Source: Raillietiella orientalis
Lineage: Eukaryota
Direction: 5' to 3'
NCBI GenBank assembly: GCA_036172245.1
Contig: JAYWIR010000032.1
Location: 1,302,001 to 1,366,000, forward strand
Length of the DNA: 64,000 nucleotides
Shown: one piece after another, positions 1 through 12,919 of the stretch
Layout of the letters: the number at the start of each line of letters is the position of its first letter
How positions within the stretch are numbered: position 1 is the stretch's first letter
Notes under the pieces: model-generated
The model's database searches: none
Told to the model about the DNA's origin: nothing
The model's input: only the letters and a program-made list of their open reading frames with translations
Position numbers and translations under genes: made by a program

Positions 1-2265
1 TTGACGAAAGCTGCATGTTCGAGGAACTGGGGGGAAGGAGCAACTTTGTGGGGGAACCCACAGCCGTTTTTTATCTCTGAGTGCTCACATGGAGGATGCG
101 ATCCAGGAAACTATTTCGTGCGCCGCCGCCTATATCCGCCCAGATGGGTGCAAATTACGGGAAAATGTGAGTCAGATGGCCGAAATCGCGCTTTCCAAAC
201 AAGCAGGTACAAAAACCACAGTCGCCTGAAGAGGAAGGGCATCGGATTGCCTTTCGGCCTCAAGGACGCAGCTCCTGTGGAAGGTGTCCTAAGGAACTCG
301 CGAAGTGTGGACCACCTCAGGGAGGACCTTTGGTAATGCTATCCAATTTGTTTCGATAGTGAAGAAACCATGGTAACCGATCACTTTGCCCGGTTTGGTA
401 AACTCTCGAGAAATTTTCTCATGTGCATAGTAGTCGCAAGAAGAATGCCGGTGATCTCTCTTAAAGCAAACACTTCAGATGTTCACGCCGTTTAGCTCCA
501 TGAAATGACACTCGTGCAGAAGACTCGGCATTCCGTGATCACCTTCGCAATCCATGTATGAGGCATTTCAAATTTCGGTAGGGCGAATCGGAAATACCTC
601 AAGAAAGCATTTGCCTTGTTGAGCTTGCGAGTAAATTCCTTCGGTATGGCTCAAGAAGTGCTCGTCCAAATGGTGAACTACAGATCGTCAGATGCTGAGG
701 TAAGGACAGTTCCAAAACAGAAGGCAGAAATAATGCCGCGAACACCACACTGAACTCGCAGTGACTCCCTTTGCTTTCCGCGAATCACTTGGACCTTGAC
801 GAAAGCTTCGGGGCCGGGGTGTCATACTGATGTGTTCTTTCTGTGTGAATCCAAGCGTCCATCAGGAACACGTGACGGGAAACCGAAATGCTTGTACAAA
901 TGCAGCAAGAAAAAATCTCTGAAGATTGACGTGAGTTCTCCGTCGGAAATGAACGTGCTGCCATCCCAGCTTTCTTGTCTCACTTTATGGGACCCGAATC
1001 TTGGTAAGAGGAGATGAAGCTTGTTCTTTCTTTCCTCCTTTTCATTTTTCCGCAAAGTTTTGAAAATAGATTTCTCGACACAGAAAGGCTGGGGAGTGCA
1101 TTACGATGAGACTTGGGAAATGAAATGCCTTCGTTTTAGGCATGACGCAAAAAAAGGAAAAGGGGAAAACCCTGCAATCAAGGCTGCAGGGTCGAATTTT
1201 TGCAAACGTTTCATGTGCACGGCCACCAGGAGAGCGATGTTTATTCAGCGTTGCAAATTTTCGGCTCCTGGCTGGGGGACATCTTGCTCTTGCTCGGAAT
1301 GACGTTCGTGTTTGGGAAGTTGCAAAACAACCACGTACTTACGATATGCCGAGCAATATGCTAAGGTCTGTGCATTTGCTGCTGGTTCGTCCGTTGGAGG
1401 ATGCTCACTCGCTCAAGATCAAGATAGGAGCGATCCTTCTGGAAACTGCTGCTCCCTATTCGTGAAGCGTCTCCCCGTAAAGATTACTTGAATGCCAACA
1501 GGAAAAGTAGCCGAGGATTTGAGACGCCATGCTACCGCCTTTCTCTTCTTTCGGAAGCAGTTGAGAAGAGGAGGGCGGAAGAAGCGGGTAGAGGAACTTC
1601 GTGAGAATCCATTCCTCCCGTGCAATACGAAAATCACACAAGTTTGCCGCGTGCGGAATCTGTGATGTTTCTTGAAAAGTTTCAAGCGAATGAAAAGTGA
1701 TTAAGGAAATGTTCCAGGCAATGCGTAAACTTCGCGGAGCAGCGTCTGCTGTAGATTTAGTGTATGGCTGTTACAAAAGGGAAAAAGCTTCCGGGAATGG
1801 CTTTGCATACTTCAAGTACGAAACATTTCAAGAAAGAGGTGAAGCTGAAGAAACGGAGCAAGGATTGCTTTTATTGCTAGTGTGAACTCAAGAAAGAAAG
1901 AAAAATAATAATAATTTTGCTAAAACGATAGACTCACGGGGCTGTTGTCAAAGCAAGCCAAAGATGATGTTTAAAACAGATGCGTTAAAAAAGTGGGTGG
2001 CATTCTCCGTTTTGACTTTGAAGAAAGGGCACCAACGATCCCGCCGATAGATATAAATTAACCATGAAAGCGAGCGTATCGATGTGCACTTGGCGTATAA
2101 GAATGTTGAAGGGCTACCTGCGTTTCGAAAGATTCGGAATGGAGCTTTATACTACTGGTTGCAAAACGGAACAGCACTCTCGGATACTTATTTTCTACCT
2201 CTTCTACTCTCTTTGCTTCACACACACACACACATACACTCGATCCCCTCTCTCTGGCTTTGCAG

Positions 2266-3613
2266 TTGCTTTGTCCTTCGTTCCTGTCCGGCAGTTCGTC
2301 GGGAGACCGAGGCTTCCACGCGATGCTCGAGGGTGTCCACAAGCACCTATGAGAGACAGCAGCAACCTTTCGGTGCTCCCGATAGCCGAGGAAAGCAACA
2401 GAAGAGCTCAGGGAACGGGTTTGGGGGGAGGGGGGGATCGTTGGACCAAATGGTGGGTCGAAGTGAGCTTCCCGCTTCCTGTGTGGGAGACCCAGATCGG
2501 ACCGCAGGACCTCTGGCTCGACCAGACGGTCAGCTGCCTCTCAGGCAAACCGTTTCCGTTGCCTCTATTACCAAACCAAGTTTGAAGGGCCTGGAGACCC
2601 TCCAAGCGCGCTTGTGCGCAGCCATCTTCCTCACTGATGCTCCTTTCACCTTCCCTTCGCTTTCTCGTTTCCAAGGAGGCAAGATTCCTAAGCAGCACGA
2701 AAAAGGCATGTCTGGGATGCGCAAGAGACCATCCCAGGTTCTCCCCCCTGTCACCTGGACCGAATCCCTCCTAGAGGACCCTCTGGAAGAGCATCCCAAG
2801 TCCGGGATCTCCGTGAAGAGGTGCACGTCCAGCATCCTGGATTACAGGAGGAATGCCGGAAGCCCCTCCCCGCTCCCGAAGGACCTGCCGCAGGGAAAAA
2901 CGGGGGAAGCAGAGCACTGCGCTGCTCAACCAGGATGCAGCGGTCGTGATGCCTCCTGCATCATGGCGGCGGACCAGAACCGGGAGCTCTCAGGCTGCTG
3001 CCTGGCAGCCTCCGGAAGAAACGCCCGGATCGGCGAGACGAGGGTCCCGGACCAGCGGAACAAGGGCTTCTCTTCCCCGCATCCCAAAGAGCTGGGGGAG
3101 TTCTCTCCCCTGGCGTGTCCCTGCTTTCCCTGCAACGCACCCGCCCGCAGCTTCGCCCAGGACGCAAGGACTTCGAGCGAGCGGCCCAAGGAGCTGCGAG
3201 GGGGCGGATGGGACTCACGGGGCTTCTGCGAAGAGAACCGGGCCCGCAAGCCCGAAGTGGTACTCACTCCGGAGGACGTGGCCGATGCCGCGGTGGTCAT
3301 CGTCATCAAGGGGCCCCGCGAACTGGGGGCCGGCCGCGTGAAGTGCTTCCTGCCCCGGCTGCGCCCCCAGACGGAGGACCGCTCCGGATTCGTAGCCCAG
3401 GTCATGCCGGGGAGCGACCCCGCCAGCTCCTCGTCCGGCCCACCCGGGGAGGCCATGCCGACCATCGAAGCGCTGAAGGTCGGCGACGGGGACCTCAAAG
3501 TCGCTGCCAAGAAGCACAGGAAGCACCACCACCACCACCATCGGAAGGAGAAGCGAGGGAAAGCTGACGGAAACCCCTCGAGGAAGGAAGCAAACGCCGC
3601 CTCTGCCTCCTAG
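2266..3613 (+). CDS. Probable 3'-terminal exon(s) of an unidentified protein (low complexity, basic/poly-His C-terminus)
   Basis: 509-codon open frame with strong G/C third positions from about 2900. Pyrimidine-rich acceptors end at 2265 and 2675. Stop TAG at 3611-3613 is followed by AATAAA at 3624-3629. No domain recognised; upstream exons not resolved. Confidence 0.45.
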
Positions 3614-5748
3614 GCAGCGGCCCAATAAAGATAAGAACGCTCTCCACCTACGGGAAGGGGAAAGGCTGCTTGGGGGAAACGGAGGAAGAGGGACCCTCGA
3701 CAGTGAGAGGGGGAAGAAGCTGCCTCCTCTCTTTGGCCCCTCCTTTCCCCTCCACTCGAGGCGGCGGCTTTCCCTGCTCGCGCCGTCGCTCGGGAGTGCC
3801 TGTCGGCTGCTCGGACGCTCCTCGGGGTTCTGTCCGCAGGAAGCTGAGATCTCGACGGCTCTAGGGAACGGTCCTTCTTCAGTCACCGCTGCCACACCCC
3901 GTGCCAGCACCGTGGTGAGGCAGCCAACAGGTACGCACCAAAGGGGATGGTCACCTCTAGAAGGCGCGAGAGGACCCCTTTTCTATCCCCCAGCCAGACG
4001 GGGGAAGAGGAGAAGCGCAGGCGACGGTTTGGGGCATGACGAGAGGAGGCACCTACAGCCGTCGCAGTGATGCCGAGCGTGTCCGCTGCCGTGAAGGCTG
4101 AACGTTCTGCAGTGCGTCGGCGTCGCTACATTTGGAAGGAAGGAGAGGGGGGGGAGGATCCTGGAAACGAAGGAAAACGCGAAATGAACGGCAGTCCGCT
4201 TGCTGAACAGGATTGCCAGGACGACTTTGCAATTATAATAAAATTGATACAATCGCAAAGAGATAATGTAAAATAATAATTCGATAAGTTAATAATGAGG
4301 ACGTGAGTGGATTATGATGTATACCTTTCGAGTTGGTGCTGCAGGCTCATTGTCGTGGAGACATGCGATGAATAACTAAAAACATTGCTAAGCCGATTTC
4401 CGTTCCGCGGCTGGGAGATTTCGGCTTTCATATTTTGAGCGTGAGTTGTAGCTCTCTGCAGTATCAGTCGAAAAAAGCAGTATCATTAGTAAATTATCAC
4501 TAGACAATTTCACTGCTGCTGCTGTTACCAATAGCCCTGCAACAGGAAGACAAAAAGAAAAGAAAAAAAAAGCCCCATCTGTACACATTCAAAAGAGTGA
4601 AAAAGCTTAGTTACTTCTAAAATTAAAAAGCCACGGGCACGCACACTGTTCGGAGAAACAGGCTTTTGAGACAGAAAGACGCACAGACTAACGGAGAGGA
4701 TCCCGCAGGTGTATTTTTCAACAAGCCTAGCATAGACTTCATGAATTCCAGTTGTTTCAATAACACTTGTAGCAGAAATCTTAAACAAATGACAATAAAG
4801 CGTATAAGAATCACACCAAAAACTTAAATGCACACGAAAAATTAATTTCGTTTCTTGGGTGTACTCATTTTTTTTAATTTTCAGAGAACAAGTCGATGGC
4901 TGACTGCTTGTCTTACCTACAAGGAAAGTCTGTATGTAGTTCTGCACTTTCAGTTGTATCTTCTGAATGGCACAGAAACAAGGAAGGAAGTAATACTATG
5001 TAGGAATTCGTTAAGGAAACCGAGTCTGTAAATTGAGGATCTCCTGGATCCAATTTACCCACATAAATTCACAACTATTTGCGGCCTTCAAAGAATCTCT
5101 TTCTCGACATGGGTTTCAGTTGACTTTGTGAGTAGTGTGAGCTTATAGTTAATTTCTCTCAGTTCAGTTCAGTACGGTTTGCTAAAGGTCACTCAAGTCC
5201 TAACATGATAATGATCACCATCTTACATCTATTAGAGAATCAGATCAGCATTCAGATGCTCACCATCCTCGGTATCTGATGGCAACAAAAAGTAGCAACA
5301 TATGTATAAAAATAAAAATGAAACGTGCAACATAAGTTTTCCCCATATATAGTTTGTCAGAGAAAGAAAACAGTTTGACTGAACTCAGCTTTGATTTTGT
5401 TTTCATTTTTCACGATTTCCCCGAGAGAGGGAACGAAAGCACTCGAGCAATACGTTGCGCTTTTGCACATTTTTTGCCGTATTTATTAGTTGGAGTTGGT
5501 ACTTTGTTTTAGTAATTTCACACCTAATAGGTTTTATTCAACGTTCCAATCGATTTTTACAATGGGTTTCTGGTTTTTCGATTCATGGATAATATTCATT
5601 TATCGCTAGTTTTCACACAAAAAGTGTTTATGTCTTCTACTGAAAGCATGAGATGAGTTAATCAACACATCCTTTGCTTAGCCTGTTTTGTTCATGCTAA
5701 ACTTTTCTCACCATGGGCCTCTTCATTCGTGATGACAGCTGTTAAAAC

Positions 5749-5802
5749 AGAAGCCGGATTTTGATTCCTCCAGAGCACTGAAGGAATCAAAATCCGGCTT
5801 CT
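5749..5802. repeat. Perfect 21-bp inverted repeat (hairpin)
   Basis: AGAAGCCGGATTTTGATTCCT (5749-5769) and its exact reverse complement (5782-5802), separated by a 12-nt spacer. Confidence 0.95.
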
Positions 5803-8800
5803 CACTAAAGGAAAAAAAAGAAAAAAACAAAAAGCAATCTCCACTCAGTATATCAATTTAAAATTTCGGGACCTGTCGAGCGAGACCTATGGAGAGGCCT
5901 TTGATGATCCGATCTATTCAGAGATGATGACTTGATTGGAACCATCTTCATCTTCCTACCTCGCAGAAGGAAATAACACTAAAGTAGTGCAAAGAGAACT
6001 GTTTCAAGCAACGTCCCTTGGTATTTGGAAATAATTTTGGATGTCATTTTTGAAAGTGTCAATTTTGCAAATGCTAACGAACTTGTTGACTTTCCACAGT
6101 ACATCGGCTTCTCAGAACCTCATTGATACACTTGAGGTGCGAACGAAAGCTGTTGGGCCACCTGTCATTACTTAATTATCGCTTGATCGTGCACTGTTTT
6201 TCTGTTTCCCTCACTTTTTTCCCCTATCCATCATTGTTTCTCGGAAAACTTGAAACCAAACCAAACCCGTATCTCAAGGAGGAACCTCCAAGTTTCGGGT
6301 ATTACGCTGCATTCGATTTAAACACTACACTAGTGTAAGTATAAATTATACCTACACTAGTGTAAGCTAATTTGTTTGTGCCAGATGATTAACTGCTAAT
6401 TCGTTTATTGGCTATAATTCCAAAGGACCCCTTCCAGTGCTTGGGAAATGAAATTTATGTACTTTGCTTTTCATCATAAAGATTTCCTACTGTCAATATG
6501 GAGTCAACAGTCTTCCCAGCTTAGTATGTCGAAAGAAGAGCTTCATTTTCTGCAGCAAGTGTGTTTTCAAAGAAGGCCGTCAGAAGTAATGAGAGTGTTT
6601 ATTACTTATGCATTTTCATTTGCCATTTCGGTAACTTACCCTTTCGTAAAGAATCCAAAAGTGTAAATAAACAAAGAAATGATTTCAGATGTTTGGTATG
6701 CACTATATACTTTGTGCGTACTTAGTTTTTTAAGATGAGCATTTTTTTTTGTTTTTTTTTAATAGTAGGAATTTATCGCTGAAGTCATGTCCGCGAAAAA
6801 GTGTTTGCTCGATTCTTTCACATCTTAAAATCCAATAGGATCAAAATTTTCTATTCATACCTGTTTTCTATTCACTCCAAACAAAGTGTTTCGAAATGCA
6901 GGATTACTCTCTAATTTAAGATTTCTATTTCACCTTGGTTGAACGCGTCTGATTAAGTTGTGTTTTTTATATGTAGTGATTTTTTAATCACGTGCATGCA
7001 CCACGTTCAAATCGTTATTTGAATTTGTTTGATGGAAAAGAATAAAAAACAAAAAAAAAATCGGGTTGTATGCTCAGTGAATTCAAGTTTCCATCCTTCC
7101 AAATTATTTATCACAGCATAAATGTGGATGTTTCCTGTTTCCCAGTCTGATGTTTTCTTGTATGGGCACTTATTTACGTGCACTCGAATACGTTTCACGA
7201 ATTTAATTACGATTATTTCAGTGGAAGATTTGGATAATAAATCGGTAGAGTTGTGGATGGCTTAATATTATGAACGAGTGAAATTGTGCGAATACAGAAC
7301 GAGCAATCATCTGGTGCTTTTTGATGTTGGATTTTCTTCCTTTTTTATTTGAAGGAGCAAATCGTTTGGAGTGTAATTTATGATCTGGCATTCCAAGACT
7401 CGCAAGGAGCTTGGGTTTCCACAAAAATTAGCAGCACAACAGGTAACGAACACGCTCTGTTTTGGATGGCATTGTTTTTAAAATTTTTTTTTTGTCCGTG
7501 TCGGTGATGGTACGTTGTACTTTCGAAAGTGCTTTTTTTCGAATAGTTGACGTGCCTCCACCATTTGTGTTTCCTCGGAGCCCTGGTCATATGCGTGACT
7601 CGCGTGTGGCATTGTGCAAGCACGTCGTGCGATACGTGAGACAGCAGCACAGCTCGTTTTCCCTGCCTGCCTACGTATCTCTACGTAGCCGTTCGTCCGG
7701 GATGCTGCAAAGATGCATCTCGGGAGCAACGGCGACGAATCGCGCGTGTGTGTGTGTGTGTGTGATTGTGCACATGTGCCCAGCGTGTTTTCCGACCCGT
7801 GCGTGTCCCGGACAGCTGACTCTTCCGCCGACGGGAGTGACCGTTTCCCAGCGACCTGCCGTGCTTTGGACATGTGTGTGTGTGTGTGTGAAACACGGTG
7901 GACACCGAGTCGTCGCTCGGCGTCCGAGTTTCGCAACCGAGGACCACCACCGACACCACCTCGTCGACACAAAGAGGTGTGTGCACGTGCGGAAGGCACA
8001 GTCAGCTGTTGATGGGGGCACGGCGCCCGCTCCTGGAGGGGGCGACTTTCGCGGACTCGGTGAAAAACGCAGGCAGGAAGTGAACCCGTTTCCCCTTTGG
8101 TTGCCTCCTTTTCCTTCCTTTTTTGTCAGCTCATCATAATCGATCCAGTTGAAAATTTGTGAACGTTCCCCGTTTCGGGGCTTCCGTGCATTGAGATTAC
8201 GTACGGACACGTATGTGTTTTGCAGTGTGTGTGTGTGTGTGTATGTTTTTACCCTGTGATTTTTGCGAGGCACAAAACTGCTTTTCCGTCCACCAAGTGC
8301 TAAACATTCCAGTGTACATCACACCGTGGTGTTTAGGTTGTGCCTTCCACCAAGTGAACACAGAAAATAAGAGATCCATAAATACCAGGTGTGTGGTACA
8401 CAGCGATCGATAGCCCAAGTTTTTCCCTGCGTGTTTGACAGCGTATTGAAAGTCCATCCGCAATTTAAGGGAAGTAAAATTCATTAAGATAAAACAAAAA
8501 AAAAAGAAAAGGACTTGCAATCTGTGTGCTCACTCTCTCCACGGTATCAAGCAATGTGGTGCTTTTCAGGGAAGTTTTTTTTTTTCTCCAAAAGGGATCT
8601 TTTTTTTGGGGGGGGGGGGTATGAAAGCTGCATGCAACAAAACACTATAAATATTATTATTTTTTTTTTTTCATTACGGTCAGCCGAACTGATTTGTCAG
8701 TGTTCTGATTAATAAAGTTTAATGTGTGACAGTATTCAAATGAAGAATTTTGCAGTTCTGTCTTATATTTGCAGCTTCATTTCAAAGTCTATTCTAAGTG

Positions 8801-8900
8801 TACTTGTACACCTTGATGTATTACACATGGAAGTATATGGAGTAAAAAGGCAACATTGAATCGAAATTTCAGCAAAATATTTGACAATTTTGTTTGGAAA

Positions 8901-11900
8901 ATGGTTGATTATTACAAAATTTTAGAGATTACTCGAAGTTCAACTATAGGAGATATTAAGAAAGCGTGAGTATTTTCTGGGGAACTGTAAGTTATAAAAC
9001 AGAGTACTGTAAATTAGTCTCATTGATTGTTTTCAAAATCCATTATACAATTGTTTTGCTAATTATTAGTTCATGCTTTCAGTATTCTGAAGTACATCAA
9101 ACGCATATTCTGATTATCATAGGAGCGTTCCGTCAATATTTATCTGACCTTTGTAAAATAATTTTCCAATCTTTTACAGCAGTTTGCTTTTAGCGCATGA
9201 AAAATGCAATTCAGATAGGAATATGAATTGCAGAATTAGTAGGTTCAGGTGAAATTTATGAAATTTAATTTATGGAATCCTTATCAGTTTCATTATTCAA
9301 ATGATTATATATTAAATGCTGATGTACTAATACTAATTTTATTCAGTACCTTACATCTGAAATGTTTCAAAACAGTGAAAATCGATGTATTAAAAGAAGT
9401 AGGTTAATATCCGGATTTGTACGACATCATTGCTACCGATTTGATCTAATTGCTTCATTGTGTTTTCATCAAAACATTGGTGATTTTTTGCAAGCAGTTA
9501 TTTAAAAAATTTCCTTCATGCACTAGTTTCATTCTGTTGAATTAAACTGTAGCCACTGTGTTCATAAAGCATAGCATATGCTTTATGTTTGAATTTCGAT
9601 GAATTCGTATTCATGTAAATTTTTAAGTACATTTGAATAACAATCTGTGTGGTGTAACAACTCTATTCAAGTTACCGAATATGCATTCATTACATATGAG
9701 TATATGCAAATTTAAATTATTTGGTCATATCTTCAGAGAAAAGTTTTTTTTTTTTTATATTAACACTGAATCTATTGTACCCTGAACTATATTATTTCTG
9801 TTGCTAACTTGGATTAGTTTTCCACGATTCATCAGAATTTTGTGCACCCTGCATCAGTTGTATCCATCGGATTTAAGAAACAATGAATTCAATTTTGGCA
9901 GCAAGCTATTCTATTATTCTTTCACAAAGTTTACCAACTGTAATCTCATTTTGTACTTCGTCTCACTGCAATGCATCATGAGCATGCATATCAGTGTTTC
10001 TTTAAAGGCCTGTTTAGTCCTAAAAGAGACACAAAAGTTTTGCTCAAGTGAAAGTAAAATTTAAGAAGCAAATCATAATCATATTACCAGCATGTGATGA
10101 GTATCTAAGTTGGCCAAAATGTGTTAGCACTCGAGAGGAAACTAAATGTAATTAATGCTTTTTAACACCTTTCAACTCTTGGCTGATCAACTGATTGTTG
10201 TAATTAAATTGCAATGCCCTCTTTTTTCTGGAACATTGTTTCAAGCTTACAATTTTATTTTTGTAATCATTGAAAAGTTGAATGAATAGCTACAAGAATC
10301 GATTCATTCAGAACCTAGTTTCATTCAAGAGTTTAATGCTTGGCAAAGAGCAGTCATGCATTTGTGAATATGACAGCAAATCTAAGAACCCATAAACCAA
10401 AACTTTAGATGGCAGGAATAAAGTATCTTTTCAATAATACTTTACAAAAAAAGGATTAAATAAAATGAACTGATAACATCATGAACAGTGAATTTCACTG
10501 CAACACTAGTTATAATTCATGATAAGCGGAAAAATGTCGAGAACTTAAGAGAAAACTGGCAGTGTAAGTAACCCAAGATGAATTTAAGATTGATTGCTGT
10601 TGATGTTCATTGATGTGTATTATTATTAATTTAAGGTGAAGTCAGCTGATTGGTTCTATAAGAATGTTCACTGAAAAATCATGGTATACTGCAGGTGTAG
10701 CTGAAATAAGAGTGTCTTTGTTGAAGTTCATGGTAGAGAAATGATGCAGTTAATTCTTTAATTGATTTTTTTGAACATCTTTCTCTATACAAGTCATCAT
10801 ATGTTGCATTCGAAAATTCGTCAAATCCGTTTTTCATTTTTCTCAATTCATTGAAAGATTAAGTCTATTCAGAATCTTAAAGCTGGGAAAAATTTTATAA
10901 ATGGGCTTTTTCTTAATTCTGTAGTTTGGATAGTATGGGAATGCTCTGTGTGAGTTTGAAATTAATCAAGTTTCCTTAAAGAGCTGAATGACATAAATTT
11001 AGGATGAAGCTATCTAAACAGAAATAAAAGCTGAATATTTGGAAAGTAGTTAAGACATATTTTAAGTGTAGGAATCTTACATTTCATTTTATTTCTTATT
11101 TTGTTTTCTATTTGCCTGAACCTTGTAAAGGGTTTTTTTTTTGTTTTAAACTTAACATTATAAGCTCCTTATGTATGAATTATACATATTATTTGTTGTA
11201 TGATGAAATTGAATAGTTATTGTAATTTACATGTGTAAGTATTTTTAAAGTGATAATGGTTCCCTGTAATTTGAGTTGGTTTTGGAACATTTTCAGTGAT
11301 GTTTTTCAAAAGTGCATGTATGAAACCTTATAATAATAGCCATGATTTAATTGTCTTAGTAACACTTTCTATTTGTTATTATGTTCCATCTAATAAGTAC
11401 TGATTACTATAAATGTTTTTAATTGGTTCGTAGATATCGGAAACTGGCATTGAGATGGCATCCAGACAAGAATCCAAATTCACAGGAAGAGGCGCATCGT
11501 AAATTTAAAGAGATATCTGAAGCTTATGAAGTTCTTTCAGATGGTTGGTAAAATATGAAATCTGTTTTACTGTGGTGCATTTGAATTTCATTTTTAACAT
11601 TTAACATGGTTTGTAATTGAGTTTCTTGTTTTTTTTACAGCCATGTTTCCAAAATTACTGGTTTCATGTTTCAGGAAGCTGCTAAAAGAGTATCTTCGTG
11701 TTAGATTTTTATTCATCAAATGGTTGAAGTCACTCCATTAATCCGTAACCATTTGTTCTCTCTCTTGTTTGTTTTAGCTTTTATTTAATTTCAGTGTACA
11801 GGGGGAGTTGTCACATTGAGATACTCATTTTCTTAGCTTTTTCTATTGCTGCTCTTATTTTCTTTTTTCTTACATGATCTTGTCCATTCTACTCTTTTGG

Positions 11901-12919
11901 GTGATACATTCCATTGAAGACTCCACGTAAAATTGGTTAGGAACCAAACAAAATTGCTTTGATACGATTGCTTTCCCAATATTGCTTGGTAACTTTTGTA
12001 CAGAATTAGCCAATGGAGTACTGTGTTGAATTAGAGGACAAATTTTTGTTTTTGTCTGTTTGGTATCAGGAAAATACATCCAAAATTCAGTAAAATAGTT
12101 ATGATAAATACCCTATTTCAATTTTGCTACTTTTTAGATAAAAAGCGTCGTATATATGATCAGTATGGTATAGAAGGCCTCAGAATAAAAGAAACAGCTC
12201 CTCCTGGAAGTAGAGGATTTCCAGAAGATCAGTTTGATTTTTCGTTTATTTTCCGAGATCCAGAAGAAGTATTCCGGGAATTTTTTGCTGGTGATCGATA
12301 TGTGGATCTCTTTGGAGGTAATGTAATATGAAACCATTTGTAATGTTTAGTGTCCAATGTGAGCATGTTGTGTAGCTGCATTTCAGCTTGTTTCCTTACT
12401 TGATGGGGGTGGGGGGGTGGGATGAAAATATTGATTTTCTACGAATATTAGTAGTGAAGCTTGGCTTTGTATGTGCTATTCTCTGCAGGCTTTGGTTTTG
12501 GGCATACCCGTGATCGGCGTTGCAATCGCAGAAATATGCGTAGCTGTAATGGTAGCAGCACTAGCCTGAGGCAGCATTCATTTGATCCATTTGGATTGGG
12601 ATTTGGATTCGACAGCAACTTTATGTCCCTTTCCGATTCATTTTCAGATGTTTTCGGAAGCATGTCTTCTGGATTTTCAAGTTTTTCAACAAATTTAGGA
12701 GCTGCTGGAGCTAGCATGCGTAGCACCTCCACTTCAACCAAATATGTTGGAGGCAAGAAAGTAACAACAGTCAAGTAAGTTTTAGTAATGGATTTATCTT
12801 CTACTGAATTTTATTTCCGTAGAGTAAAAGAGAATAACACAGAAACTGTGACAGTCTATGAGAATGATGTAATTGTATCAAAAACTGTAAATGGCCAACC
12901 TCAGCCAATTGGATATTGA
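8901..12919 (+). CDS. DNAJB6: DnaJ/Hsp40 subfamily B member 6-like (Mrj)
   Basis: Exons 8901-8965, 11434-11543, 12138-12317, 12489-12774, 12823-12919, all GT-AG with compatible phases. J-domain MVDYYKIL...[14 protein letters not shown]...EAYEVLSD, then [12 protein letters not shown], a G/F- and S/T-rich region and C-terminal [22 protein letters not shown] at 13138-13143. Confidence 0.95.

Noticed and set aside
1..1900. Short ORFs and possible donors (GAG|GTAAGG near 700, GAC|GTGAGT near 931)
   Set aside because: May be upstream exons of the 2266-3613 gene, but I could not build a consistent model or recognise a domain.
4320..4560. Strong minus-strand acceptor and donor suggesting an exon
   Set aside because: Stops in all three frames from the strong acceptor, and no partner exons found.
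6325..6366. Two copies of the palindrome TACACTAGTGTA
   Set aside because: Only two units; not CRISPR-like; probably a small local duplication.
7462..8273. Overlapping 170-225 aa ORFs
   Set aside because: Driven by (GT)n/(CA)n microsatellites and local GC content; no domain or codon signal.
10090..10195. C-box-like GTGATGA and CTGA in DNAJB6 intron 1
   Set aside because: No terminal stem and no recognisable antisense guide.
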